From contig JAQTTQ010000003.1 of NCBI GenBank assembly GCA_028710685.1, positions 1 to 49,001 of the forward strand: 49,001 nucleotides of DNA, written 5' to 3'. The stretch is from Candidatus Omnitrophota bacterium (GTDB taxonomy: Bacteria > Omnitrophota > Gorgyraeia > Gygaellales > Profunditerraquicolaceae). Below the pieces are notes generated by a model, which saw nothing but the letters and a program-made list of their open reading frames with translations, did no database searches and was not told the origin of the DNA. This document shows, in pieces, positions 8,288 to 17,927 of the stretch (the first letter of the stretch is position 1; every line of letters begins with the position of its first letter). The position numbers and the translations under genes were made by a program.

Positions 8288-8599
8288 ATGAAGAAAATAG
8301 GTTTATTGGTAGTATTAGTTTCCTTAACAGTAATGCTGGTAGGATGCGCAACGCCGTTTCCATACGGGGCTTTCTACACAGAGATAAAGGCTCCTGTTGC
8401 TGCTACCGGGGGAGTATCTTACAGTAGGGTAGGTACGGCAAAATCTACTTCTATCCTGGGTTTAGTTGCAACCGGTGACTCAAGCATTAAAACTGCTGCG
8501 TCTAACGGCGGGATCAAAACCATCAAATATGTTGATTATGACGCCAAAAATATACTCGGCATCTACGGCGAATATACTACAACTGTATACGGCGACTAA
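8288..8599 (+). CDS. TRL-like family lipoprotein
   Basis: Lipobox LVGC; GTAKSTSILGLVATGDSSIKTAASNGGIKTIKYVDY...ILGIYGEYTTTVYG is the TRL pattern; own promoter, SD and terminator. Confidence 0.75.
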   Translation: MKKIGLLVVLVSLTVMLVGCATPFPYGAFYTEIKAPVAATGGVSYSRVGTAKSTSILGLVATGDSSIKTAASNGGIKTIKYVDYDAKNILGIYGEYTTTVYGD

Positions 8600-8615
8600 T
8601 CCATAGCAGACATTT

Positions 8616-8655
8616 AATAAAAAAGCAGGCACCTAAAAAGGCCTGCTTTTTTATT
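8616..8655. terminator. Bidirectional intrinsic terminator between convergent TRL gene and tRNA-Val
   Basis: 15-bp inverted repeat AATAAAAAAGCAGGC / GCCTGCTTTTTTATT with a 10-nt loop. Confidence 0.85.
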
Positions 8656-8661
8656 TCTAAG

Positions 8662-8735
8662 TGGGCGATAGAGGACTTGAACCCCTGACCCTCTGCGTGT
8701 AAAGCAGATGCTCTAACCAACTGAGCTAATCGCCC
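8662..8735 (-). tRNA. tRNA-Val(TAC)
   Basis: GGGCGAT...ATCGCCC-A, anticodon loop TT-TAC-AC, T-loop TTCAAGT; no encoded CCA. Confidence 0.95.
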
Positions 8736-8753
8736 AAACCGTAAATTTTGTTT

Positions 8754-8782
8754 ATTTTAACTTAAAATACGCGCTATTGCAA
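8754..8782 (-). promoter_or_regulatory. Sigma70-type promoter of tRNA-Val
   Basis: TTGCAA-17 nt-TAAAAT upstream of the tRNA. Confidence 0.65.
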
Positions 8783-8790
8783 GGGTGGAT

Positions 8791-9222
8791 TTAATCAATC
8801 TGCTGCGCCGTCAAGAATACTGACTTAGCTAAGGCGTCGAAGAAATTCTGGTAAGGCCCGGGTGAATTTATAGCCTTAATCCCGTACTGGGCATTTGCCC
8901 TCACTAAAAGCTGCTTACTCCCCTTCTCCCTGGTGATAACCGTCATCTTTAAGACCTGGCTATCGACAAACTTAGTAGCCGTAACTATCCCTAAATCATA
9001 ATCCGCCTTGGTAATTACAAAATCTAAATCCTGTAAAGTGGCCATAATACTGCGCATCATCTTTTCTTTATCGCTGGTATCAAATGCCCGGGTCTGGATA
9101 CTGCGAAGCTTAAGCTGATCTTGGCTTAAGTCAAGGATGCGCTCCTGCGTTGTAGTTGCGCAACCCAATATCAAAAAAACTAACAATGATACCGCTAAAA
9201 ATTTAATTTTTATTCGCTTCAT
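8791..9222 (-). CDS. Uncharacterised lipoprotein, paralog of the 9219-9782 protein
   Basis: Lipobox ILGC; RSIQTRAFDT...LQDLDF...LGIVTATK...YQNFFDALAKSVFLTAQQI. Confidence 0.7.
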   Translation of the reverse strand: MKRIKIKFLAVSLLVFLILGCATTTQERILDLSQDQLKLRSIQTRAFDTSDKEKMMRSIMATLQDLDFVITKADYDLGIVTATKFVDSQVLKMTVITREKGSKQLLVRANAQYGIKAINSPGPYQNFFDALAKSVFLTAQQID

Positions 9223-9782
9223 ATTTTATCTGCCTCCAAAAAGATAGACTTGGATAGTTTATCGAAGAATCCTTCGTATACCTTAGGGTCCTTAATTGTC
9301 TCAAGCCGCGAGACTTGGTTCATCCTGTTAAAAACGACCCTCTGGAAAGTTACCCTTACGGCAACTTTATTCCCCTCCAGGTTCCTTTTTGTGACACAGG
9401 AAACCAGTATGGTCTGAACAGCATCTATTGACTGCATTGCATTTGAAGAAGACCCTCCGGCAGCCCCCAGGATATCTATAAATGCCGCCATAGCAATCTG
9501 TCCGGGGACAGTAGCATCCCTCTCTTTTGAGGCAACGATTAAACCAAGCTTCTTCTCAACCTCGGTTAATGTAAAACCCATATCCTGCAATACAGCCGCA
9601 GTTGCAGAGAGTACCCTTAACTCATCCTTAGTCTCAAACTGCTTCATCTCTACCTGGCGCGCCTGAAGACTGGATACCGCAGGCTTAAGAAGATCAGAAG
9701 AAGTAGCCGCGCACCCGCAGATAAAAAGGGTAGTCATAAAAATCAAGACCGAGAGTATATTCTTACGCATAGATGAAAACAA
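9219..9782 (-). CDS. Uncharacterised lipoprotein (start may be ATG 9770)
   Basis: Lipobox ICGC; RQVEMKQFET...LQDMGF...LGLIVASK...YEGFFDKLSKSIFLEADKI. Confidence 0.7.
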   Translation of the reverse strand: MFSSMRKNILSVLIFMTTLFICGCAATSSDLLKPAVSSLQARQVEMKQFETKDELRVLSATAAVLQDMGFTLTEVEKKLGLIVASKERDATVPGQIAMAAFIDILGAAGGSSSNAMQSIDAVQTILVSCVTKRNLEGNKVAVRVTFQRVVFNRMNQVSRLETIKDPKVYEGFFDKLSKSIFLEADKI

Positions 9783-9784
9783 AA

Positions 9785-10189
9785 TCAGAATTTAGATGAA
9801 TGGTAGCTGAAATCGCGCACCTTGCCATTATCATCAAATTTGATGATAATGGTTAGTGTCCTTTGCGTAGAAGACGCCGCACCGGATGAACCATAGCCCC
9901 CTAACAGAATCAAAGATGCACCGGCCTCGCTTCTTGAGTAACTGACATCCGTAGCCACCTTATCATAAACCCAAACCTCCCGGCGCTCTTCATCCGTACT
10001 TACAATATTGGGCGAACCTAAAATTTCTGCAACCTGCGCAGAAGACATACCAACCTTAATCTCTCTTTGCACCTTACCCACGGTAATCCTATCTCCGCTA
10101 TCATCCTGAGTTAATTGGCGATGCCTGGCTGCTGAAGCGCATCCGGAAATAAATATCACCCCCAGGGCTAAAATAAGAATTCTTTTCAT
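9785..10189 (-). CDS. BamE/SmpA-like outer-membrane lipoprotein
   Basis: Start moved to ATG 10189 (SD AGGAGG); lipobox ISGC; IKVGMSSAQVAEILGSP, VWVY, LTIIIKFDDNGKVRDF. Confidence 0.7.
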   Translation of the reverse strand: MKRILILALGVIFISGCASAARHRQLTQDDSGDRITVGKVQREIKVGMSSAQVAEILGSPNIVSTDEERREVWVYDKVATDVSYSRSEAGASLILLGGYGSSGAASSTQRTLTIIIKFDDNGKVRDFSYHSSKF

Positions 10190-10222
10190 CCTCTCCTCCT
10201 TATTCAATGAAATTAAAAACTT

Positions 10223-10678
10223 TTATTTAGCAAGCTTACCTAAAAGACCAAGGGAAAAAGCCATGACAAAAAGGGCTACTGTTTCAATAATGCCCAAGAC
10301 CACAAGGTAATTCCCAAAACCTTTACCCGTATCCCCCATTGCATCAGCGGCACAAGCCCCTGCCTTACCCTGCATAAAAGCGGAAAACCCCATGGCTAGC
10401 CCGCAAAATAAACCTATATCCCAGGCATAAACCCCTTTAGTTATGGCCTCTGCCATTTTATTCATCAAAATCATCCCGTAAATTGTCTGGGTAAGAGGCG
10501 CGCCTACAAAAACAAGCAACATAAAAGAGGCGGTTTTATTCTGGATAAAAGCCTTTTTCCAGGCACCCACAACCGCCATACCCGCAACCCCTGCGCCCAG
10601 CCCCGAACCAACAGCTGCCAGGCCCAATGCCGCAGCTGCCCCTACGTCCTTAAACTGAGAAAGCACCCCTATCTCCAT
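10223..10678 (-). CDS. atpK: V-type ATP synthase subunit K (rotor, 4 TM)
   Basis: Duplicated proteolipid with PLTQTIYG, MQGKAG and IETVALF (essential Glu); last gene of the V-ATPase cluster. Confidence 0.92.
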   Translation of the reverse strand: MEIGVLSQFKDVGAAAALGLAAVGSGLGAGVAGMAVVGAWKKAFIQNKTASFMLLVFVGAPLTQTIYGMILMNKMAEAITKGVYAWDIGLFCGLAMGFSAFMQGKAGACAADAMGDTGKGFGNYLVVLGIIETVALFVMAFSLGLLGKLAK

Positions 10679-10695
10679 AACTGCTCCTTTTTAAA

Positions 10696-12465
10696 TTATT
10701 TCTCCTCAATAAGAGGCTTATAGTTAAACCCACTCCATTTTATATCCAGATGGCTACAAAATTCAAGCACATTTAATCTCACCCCGTGGACAAGAATAGA
10801 TAAAGGCCCTAAAACAATATTTAAAAAATGGCCTACCAAGAGTATCAGCGAGGTCAACAGCCCCGAGATAAAGTTTCCGAAACCCACCTCCATTGCCATT
10901 TTATTAAATGCATCTGCCACAGCCAGGGTAGCTAATCCTACTGCAAAAAGACGGATATAAGAAACAATGTCTGTAAAATTATTCATGGCGTTAAAAAGCA
11001 GGGCCCCTAATCCGCTGCCTATAGCCTTAAAGATATTTTTCTGAGGGTTACTAAATAAAACAATCAAAAATGCCCCGGGGATCAAGAGATAGAGATAAAA
11101 CCCCGCAAGGGCCTCACCTAAAACAAGCAGCTTAGCGATAAGAAAGGCTGTCCACAATATCAGTATCCATCCTATATCCGCCAGGAAGGAGGGTGCGGGA
11201 AATTTTAAGATCCCCTTCCAGGCATGCGCGATACTCAAATGCAGGGCTCCTAAAAAGAAACAAAATGACTGCATATTTTTATCATTGCGCAAAGAAGGAA
11301 GCAGCGGCTTAACCCAGACAGGAAGCCATTCTTGGCCGAAGAATGTGGCGGTAAGTACTCCCCAGATAATGGCACAACCGCTTAAAAGGTATAAAAGAAT
11401 AAAAACCGACTTATCATTGCATCTAAAACCCCATTTTTTCTCTGCCCAGAAGGTAAGAATTAAATACGCGGACCCGTATCCGGCATCACCGATTAATATA
11501 CCGAAGAATAATGAGAAAAAAACGAGAAACCACAGGCTTATATCCAACTCCTTATATCCCGGGACAACCTCAATTATCCTGAAAACAGGGTTAATTATAC
11601 TCAACCACTTAGGGTTGCGCACCAAGGTCGGGATACTATCGCCTTCTGCGGGGTCAGAGGTTAAAACAGCCCATCCCCAAGACCTGGCAGATTCTTCGAT
11701 CTTATCCTTAGAATCAAATGGTATATATCCTTTAATATACATTAAGGCCCCTTCCTGGGCCATCCCTGCCAATGCCTCATGAAACTGAATCTCCCGGATA
11801 AGCTTATTACGGGTTTCTCTTAAAAGGTCCAGATAAACAACCTGCCTTAAGAAATCAGCCTTCAGTAATTCAGCGGTTTTGATATCTTCGGCAAACCTCT
11901 CCTGCATTCTAATTAGGGAATCCTTTGGCAATTCTACCTCCTTAAAAGGAATCCCTATATCAGCCTGCGTAAAAATAACGCAGTTATGGAGCTTGCCCTT
12001 ACTGCTTACCTTTTCCAGGTAAGCCCCCTTAGGAAGCTGGGCTATCTGCTCATCGGAAAGTTTATAAAAACCCGCGGATATGCCGTTTACACCAAGGCGG
12101 TTAATCTCCTGCGGGTCAAAATCACCCCATTCTCTCAATTTCTCGATTTTAGAAGAAAGGGTTAAAGAATACTCCTGCAGCTGCTGATAGCGCTTGTTTA
12201 AATCGATAATATGGCGCGCTAATACATCCCACTCTGCCGTTTGCTTATTTCCTGTATCAACGATATCCTTTTTATCTATCCCCTCCAATAAAGATATCGC
12301 CTGGACTAAAAGGGATAGGTCCTTGCTCAAGGCAGTAAGCTTTTCCCCTTTAGGGGTATTTAAATGCTCAACATGCAAAATACCTAACTTACGGACCTTC
12401 TCAAGTAAACCCTGGGCATCTTTAGCCTGCATCACCAAAAAAACTTTTTTCATCGGTACAATCAT
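10696..12465 (-). CDS. atpI: V-type ATP synthase subunit I
   Basis: MIVPMKK, FGILIGDAGYG, DIVSYIRLFAVGLA, HGVRLNVLEF. Confidence 0.93.
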   Translation of the reverse strand: MIVPMKKVFLVMQAKDAQGLLEKVRKLGILHVEHLNTPKGEKLTALSKDLSLLVQAISLLEGIDKKDIVDTGNKQTAEWDVLARHIIDLNKRYQQLQEYSLTLSSKIEKLREWGDFDPQEINRLGVNGISAGFYKLSDEQIAQLPKGAYLEKVSSKGKLHNCVIFTQADIGIPFKEVELPKDSLIRMQERFAEDIKTAELLKADFLRQVVYLDLLRETRNKLIREIQFHEALAGMAQEGALMYIKGYIPFDSKDKIEESARSWGWAVLTSDPAEGDSIPTLVRNPKWLSIINPVFRIIEVVPGYKELDISLWFLVFFSLFFGILIGDAGYGSAYLILTFWAEKKWGFRCNDKSVFILLYLLSGCAIIWGVLTATFFGQEWLPVWVKPLLPSLRNDKNMQSFCFFLGALHLSIAHAWKGILKFPAPSFLADIGWILILWTAFLIAKLLVLGEALAGFYLYLLIPGAFLIVLFSNPQKNIFKAIGSGLGALLFNAMNNFTDIVSYIRLFAVGLATLAVADAFNKMAMEVGFGNFISGLLTSLILLVGHFLNIVLGPLSILVHGVRLNVLEFCSHLDIKWSGFNYKPLIEEK

Positions 12466-13079
12466 GCTAAGGATTCCTCCAGGACTAATTCCTCAATTTT
12501 TCTTTTAGCGATCTTGCTGCGTCCTACGGCATTGGCCATCTGATCTCCGATATAGATCTTAATCAGGCGGATATTCTCTTCTGTCTCCGGAATTTTAACC
12601 TTTTCGAAAAGGTTAACCCTTTGCGCAGTCACTTTAAGCTCATGGCGCAATATCGAAATACCCTCTGCGATAATGTCAACCTCCGATTGCAAGGCTAATA
12701 TCCCCCTTAAGGCCTCTACCCCCAAATCCAGCCACAGGGGAGCAGAAAATAAGTCGTAATCCGCCGGCAGAAACGATGCCTCAATAAAAATTGGGATATC
12801 CACACCAGCAATATTTAAGAGCCTGCTCTTAATCTCATTCACGGCAAGCAAGGGTTTAATATCTACGGCCTCCTCACTTAAAAGCCCTGCCCAGGTTTGA
12901 GCCTGCTGAATTTTTTTATCCAAAATACGGCTTTTTTCATCCAGGAGAGAAAGCTGATGCAGGATCTCTAGCTGCAGTTGCTGCTTTTTTAATTGAAGGG
13001 TGGGAAGATAACGCTCATACTGTTTTAAGGAGTCGCGCTGCCGCTTTAATTCACCTTTAGTAAACTTAATCTTTCCCAT
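12462..13079 (-). CDS. atpD: V-type ATP synthase subunit D
   Basis: [31 protein letters not shown]; start placed at ATG 13079 rather than the track's 13097. Confidence 0.9.
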   Translation of the reverse strand: MGKIKFTKGELKRQRDSLKQYERYLPTLQLKKQQLQLEILHQLSLLDEKSRILDKKIQQAQTWAGLLSEEAVDIKPLLAVNEIKSRLLNIAGVDIPIFIEASFLPADYDLFSAPLWLDLGVEALRGILALQSEVDIIAEGISILRHELKVTAQRVNLFEKVKIPETEENIRLIKIYIGDQMANAVGRSKIAKRKIEELVLEESLA

Positions 13080-14367
13080 TTGGCCAATACGCCTCAATCA
13101 CTGAACGCTTTATCCCTGTCTCCTCGGGGGTGAAACAATCTGCGAGGATACGCCAGCCTAAATCCAGGGCTTTCTCCAGCGGGATATTCACGCTTAAAGA
13201 CATTAACTCTTTCTCAAAAAGACCGCCGTATTTAAGAAGCTTGATATCCCAGGGGCTCATCTTAAAACCCATGGCCTGCTTCTCAAGTGTCAATCGATAA
13301 TTAGCAAAGAGCTGTATCATCGTATCCATCAGCGTCCTGTGGTCTAAGCGGGTTTTACCGTTTACCTGCTGCTTAAGCCTAGAGAGCGAACCAAAGGGCT
13401 CGATAACTCCCCCTTTAAGATAAAACTGCCCTTCAGTAATATACCCGGTGTTATCGGGAACAGGATGGGTAACATCATCTCCGGGCATAGTAGTTGCGGC
13501 TAATATAGTGATTGAACCGGCCCCTTCAAAATCAACGGCCTTTTCATAACGCAAGGCTAGCTGACTGTAGAGGTCTCCGGGATAACCGCGGTTTGAGGGA
13601 ACCTGCTCCATAGTTATGGATATCTCTTTAAGCGCATCACAGAAATTAGTCATATCCGTAAGCAGAACCAAAACGCGCTTGCCTTTTAAGGCAAAATTCT
13701 CGGCGATGGCCAGGCTTATATCGGGGACTAATAAACATTCCACTACGGGGTCAGCGGCAGTATGAATAAATAATATTGAACGGGAGAGAGCCCCTTTTTC
13801 ACTTAGGGTATCGCGGAAAAACAAATAATCATCGTACTTTAACCCCATCCCGCCTAAGATAATAATATCTACCTCGGCTTGAATGGCAATGCGCGCTAAA
13901 AGGTCATTATAGGGCTCCCCGGCAATAGAAAAAATCGGCAGTTTCTGAGACTCCACCAGGGAATTAAAAACATCTATCATTGGTATACCGGTACGGATCA
14001 TTTTATCGGGGATAATCCTTTTTACCGGATTTACTGACGGGCCTCCGGTATCAATAAGATTTTCCGAAAGCTTAGGGCCTTTATCAAGAGGCAGGCCGCT
14101 GGCGCTAAAGATCCGGCCCAAGAGCGCATCCCCGCTTGCCACCTGCATGGGATGATTCAAGAAACGCACCTTATCCTTAGTGGATATACCGCGGCTTCCG
14201 GCAAAAACCTGTAAGGAAACCTTTTTACCGTCGAGACTAATAACCTGCGCCAGGGAAGTCCCGCGGCTTGTGGCAACCTCCGCGATATCCGCATACCCTA
14301 CACCCTCAGCCTCTACAATAATGACATCACCGGCGATCTGTATAATATTTGTATAAACTTTATGCAT
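13066..14367 (-). CDS. atpB: V-type ATP synthase subunit B
   Basis: [49 protein letters not shown]. Confidence 0.95.
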   Translation of the reverse strand: MHKVYTNIIQIAGDVIIVEAEGVGYADIAEVATSRGTSLAQVISLDGKKVSLQVFAGSRGISTKDKVRFLNHPMQVASGDALLGRIFSASGLPLDKGPKLSENLIDTGGPSVNPVKRIIPDKMIRTGIPMIDVFNSLVESQKLPIFSIAGEPYNDLLARIAIQAEVDIIILGGMGLKYDDYLFFRDTLSEKGALSRSILFIHTAADPVVECLLVPDISLAIAENFALKGKRVLVLLTDMTNFCDALKEISITMEQVPSNRGYPGDLYSQLALRYEKAVDFEGAGSITILAATTMPGDDVTHPVPDNTGYITEGQFYLKGGVIEPFGSLSRLKQQVNGKTRLDHRTLMDTMIQLFANYRLTLEKQAMGFKMSPWDIKLLKYGGLFEKELMSLSVNIPLEKALDLGWRILADCFTPEETGIKRSVIEAYWPNGKD

Positions 14368-14379
14368 TATGCATTCCCC

Positions 14380-16119
14380 TTAAGCACTGCCTTTTTTATT
14401 TCCTTCTATAAGTATATCCAGCTCCTCTTCGATCTTACGAAATTCCTCAAGGTTAAATTCCGTAGAATTCCAGCCCTTAAAGAGCTGTTTCAGTTTTTGA
14501 AAGAATTGCAGTGCCTGATTCTTCTCTTTAAAATCAAAATTACCCTCCAAGATACCGCGGATAAACCCGAAAATATATTCCTGTCTTTCCTGTGAAGTTG
14601 CCTCATCCACAGAATCAAAGGCATTTTGCTGCAGGTATACCGAATCAAAAAATTCACCCTTAAGATAATCAACGTAATCTTGCAGGGATGTCCCTTCCTC
14701 TCCGATCACCTTCATCATCTGCATAATATTATTACTTTTTATTAAAACCTTATGCCCGAGCTGCCTATCGGCTTCCTTAATAAAGCTCTGATATTTACTC
14801 CAACTTATTAAAGGATCTATTGCCGGATATTTTCTTGCGTCTGAACGCTCCCGGGATAAACCGTGAAAGGCACCGACCACCTTTAATGTTGCCTGAGTTA
14901 CCGGTTCCTCAAAATTGCCTCCGGCAGGGCTAACCGTGCCTCCGATAGTAACTGACCCAAGATCTCCGCTATGCAGACGGACAAGCCCGGCCCGTTCATA
15001 AAATGAAGCTATGCGCGATTCAAGATACGCAGGAAAGGCCTCTTCCCCCGGGATCTCCTCAAGCCTGCCGGACATTTCCCGCATTGCCTGTGCCCAGCGG
15101 GAAGTTGAATCCGCCAGCAGCAATACATTCAACCCCATCTGCCTATAATATTCGGCGATCGTAACTGCCGTATATACGCTGGACTCCCTAGCGGCAACAG
15201 GCATAGAGCTGGTATTGCAAATAATTACCGTTCTGTCGCTTAAGGGCTTATTGGTCCTTGGGTCAACAATATTGGGGAATGTCTTTAATGTTTCCACTAC
15301 CTCCCCGGCGCGCTCACCGCATGCAGCAATAATTACGATATCAACCTGCGCATGCCGGCTAGTCAACTGTTGCAATACGGTCTTGCCCGCGCCAAATGGC
15401 CCGGGGATACAATATGTACCTCCCCTTGCCACCGGGAACAATGAGTCTATTAACCGCATTTTTGTCACCAGGGCCTGGGAAGGCTTTAACTTTTCAGCAA
15501 AGGCCTTGATAGGAATTTTTATCGGCCAGAACTGGCGTAGATAAACATCGCAGATCTTACCTTCTTCGTTTTTTAATTGTGCTATTTTTTCTTTTACGGT
15601 GTATTCTCCTGCGGGGACAATATAAACTACTTCCCAAACTCCCTTTAGATTAAAAGGAACCATGCAATAGTGTTTAAATATCTTCTCCGGCACAGAACCC
15701 AGCCTGAATCCGGAAATTACCCGATCCCCTAGCGAGGCCAGAGGCGTAAAGTCCCATTTTACTTTATCGGATAAGGCTTCTAAATATATTCCTCTCTTAA
15801 GAAAAAAACCATATTTTTGTGCTAAGGCAGGAAGCGGATTCTGCAGGCCATCGAATATCTGCCCCAAAAGCCCCGGCCCTAATTCTACAGAGATGAGTTC
15901 ATTCGTAAATTCAACCTTATCGCCTACCCCAAGACCGGAGGTGCTCTCGTAAACCTGCATCTGGGCTAATTGCCCGCGTACCCTGATAACTTCGGATTTT
16001 AAGCGTTCATTCTTATGCAAAATATAGGCAGTCTCATTCTGGACAACTGCGCCCTCAACATTTGCGCTGACCATATTGCCGTTAACCCTAGAGATATATC
16101 CGGTTCTTATATTATTCAT
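14380..16119 (-). CDS. atpA: V-type ATP synthase subunit A
   Basis: Walker A GPFGAGKT, CGERAGE, DSTSRWAQAMREMSGRLEEIPGEEAFPAYL. Confidence 0.96.
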   Translation of the reverse strand: MNNIRTGYISRVNGNMVSANVEGAVVQNETAYILHKNERLKSEVIRVRGQLAQMQVYESTSGLGVGDKVEFTNELISVELGPGLLGQIFDGLQNPLPALAQKYGFFLKRGIYLEALSDKVKWDFTPLASLGDRVISGFRLGSVPEKIFKHYCMVPFNLKGVWEVVYIVPAGEYTVKEKIAQLKNEEGKICDVYLRQFWPIKIPIKAFAEKLKPSQALVTKMRLIDSLFPVARGGTYCIPGPFGAGKTVLQQLTSRHAQVDIVIIAACGERAGEVVETLKTFPNIVDPRTNKPLSDRTVIICNTSSMPVAARESSVYTAVTIAEYYRQMGLNVLLLADSTSRWAQAMREMSGRLEEIPGEEAFPAYLESRIASFYERAGLVRLHSGDLGSVTIGGTVSPAGGNFEEPVTQATLKVVGAFHGLSRERSDARKYPAIDPLISWSKYQSFIKEADRQLGHKVLIKSNNIMQMMKVIGEEGTSLQDYVDYLKGEFFDSVYLQQNAFDSVDEATSQERQEYIFGFIRGILEGNFDFKEKNQALQFFQKLKQLFKGWNSTEFNLEEFRKIEEELDILIEGNKKGSA

Positions 16120-16120
16120 A

Positions 16121-16654
16121 TTAGTTCCTGCCGAGGGCTGCTTTTAAAACCATCTCGCTATTGGTATTGTAGACTTTATCCCAACGGATTAGGATCTTAA
16201 GCTTTAAGGCATAGACAATTAAGCTATCGATATCAAAATAATGCCCTGCGCTTACCTCATCCAAAAAACGCCACCTCTCTAAATCTAAGGATTTTTCAGC
16301 CTCAAGTATATTTTGATTACGGTATGCCGTCATTGCTACGTGCCTTACTGCCGCTGAAAAGTACGCCTCATTGCGCAGGTATTTTAAAGGATCTGCCTTC
16401 ATCCTTGCGGACCGGGCGCGCACTAACTCGTTACGTAAGACAAGATTAAAATGATGCCATTCTCTTAGAAGCGGCGTATCCTTCAAAGAAACCTGATAAT
16501 CAGAAGCAGTTACCGCCTCCTTAACCTTTCTTAAATCAACCTTGGACACAGAATATAAACAGGTATCAAAGAAATCCTCCAGGGAAAAAGGAGGACTTGA
16601 ATTAAAAATGAGATACGGCAGGCTGGAGATTAAATATGTATAATATGAAGGCAT
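16121..16654 (-). CDS. DUF2764 family V-ATPase accessory subunit
   Basis: YYTYLISSLPYL N-terminus and HYFDIDSLIVYALKLKILIRW C-terminus; located between subunits E and A. Confidence 0.75.
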   Translation of the reverse strand: MPSYYTYLISSLPYLIFNSSPPFSLEDFFDTCLYSVSKVDLRKVKEAVTASDYQVSLKDTPLLREWHHFNLVLRNELVRARSARMKADPLKYLRNEAYFSAAVRHVAMTAYRNQNILEAEKSLDLERWRFLDEVSAGHYFDIDSLIVYALKLKILIRWDKVYNTNSEMVLKAALGRN

Positions 16655-17260
16655 CTATTCCAGGTTGAACGCTTTCGTCAATTCCTTATTAAGATACGAA
16701 CTTATATATTCTGCCAGGGACCGGTCTGAAAAATCAAAATGCGACTTGCCGGAATCAAAGCTTATGGTAAAACCTGAGGTTATGTCATCACAAGACTTCA
16801 TTACAATACCGCCCTTGATCTCATCGGACAACTTTCCCAGAAAAACACCTTTCATCTTTTCTAAATCTTCCTTGCTGAATAAAGCTTCAATTGTATCCGG
16901 ACTATTTCCTTTTGCATATTCCTTAATTAAGAGCTTAATCATCCCGGCCATTTCCTGGGGGGTGAGGGCCTGGGAAACCTTCTCCCGGACAATACCTTTA
17001 AGCAAGGCGCTGATTTCTCCGCGCAGAGAAATTAAAAAATCTCTCCCTGCCTGCTTCAATGCGGAATCAGTAGAACCCTTCATCTTTTCAGCCTCTTCCT
17101 TGGCCTTTTGGATAATAAGATCTGCCTCTTGCCTTGCCTTTGCGATAATTTCCGCAGATCTGACCCCGGCCTCATTTATAACCCTGAGAGATTCTTCCTG
17201 GGCCTTTTGAATTCCTTCTTTTTGAATCTTTTCTAATAATCCCTTAATCTCCTCTGGCAT
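16655..17260 (-). CDS. atpE: V-type ATP synthase subunit E
   Basis: LLEKIQKEG N-terminal coiled coil, SGFTIS...FDFSD C-terminus; first gene of the cluster. Confidence 0.88.
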   Translation of the reverse strand: MPEEIKGLLEKIQKEGIQKAQEESLRVINEAGVRSAEIIAKARQEADLIIQKAKEEAEKMKGSTDSALKQAGRDFLISLRGEISALLKGIVREKVSQALTPQEMAGMIKLLIKEYAKGNSPDTIEALFSKEDLEKMKGVFLGKLSDEIKGGIVMKSCDDITSGFTISFDSGKSHFDFSDRSLAEYISSYLNKELTKAFNLE

Positions 17261-17927
17261 ATATCTCTCCTGACATGGCTTTAGCAGTTGCCTTAGGGTC
17301 TTGGGCTTCTAATATCGGCCGGCCTACCACAAGAAAATCGCTCCCCGCGGCTATTGCCTCGCTAACGGTAGCAGTCCTCTTCTGGTCGTTTTTTACCCCT
17401 CCCTCAGGCCTAATGCCGGGGGTTACGATAACAAACTTACTCTTGATATTATCCCTTAACATTTTAGCTTCTTGGGCAGAGCAGACCACCCCATCCAGGC
17501 CAGACTCTATCCCCATACGGGCCAGAGTCAAAACATCGCTAGACTTAGCCTCTTTGCTGGTTAGTACCGTGACTCCTATTAAAAGGGGTTTTTTAATGCG
17601 CAGCTTTCCCGCTTCATCCCTAGCAGCAAAAACAGCCTCCCTAATCATTTCTTCATCGCCTAATATATGTAAAGTTATTATCTTCACCCTATGCCTTACC
17701 GCCATACGCACTGCCTTAGCCACGGTATTGGGTATATCAAAGAATTTCAGGTCCAGAAATACTTCAGAGCCTTTTTTATTGATAACCTCGATGATCTTCG
17801 GCCCGCAGGCAGTAAAAAGCTGCGCCCCGACCTTGAATATTTTTATTACCGGGGAAAGCTTGTTAACAAAATACCTTGCCTTCTCCAGGCTATCCACATC
17901 TAATGCTAAAATTATATCAGCTTTCAT
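17244..17927 (-). CDS. pyrF: Orotidine-5'-phosphate decarboxylase
   Basis: ILALD, FKVG, FLDLKFFDIPNTV, VTPGIRP, VVGRPI. Confidence 0.95.
   Translation of the reverse strand: MKADIILALDVDSLEKARYFVNKLSPVIKIFKVGAQLFTACGPKIIEVINKKGSEVFLDLKFFDIPNTVAKAVRMAVRHRVKIITLHILGDEEMIREAVFAARDEAGKLRIKKPLLIGVTVLTSKEAKSSDVLTLARMGIESGLDGVVCSAQEAKMLRDNIKSKFVIVTPGIRPEGGVKNDQKRTATVSEAIAAGSDFLVVGRPILEAQDPKATAKAMSGEIYARGD

Noticed and set aside
8160-8363. 67-aa minus-strand ORF
   Set aside because: It overlaps tRNA-Asp, two promoters and the TRL gene start.
11285-12508. Antisense ORFs of 165 and 104 aa within atpI
   Set aside because: Typical antisense shadows of a conserved gene; no SD or motifs.
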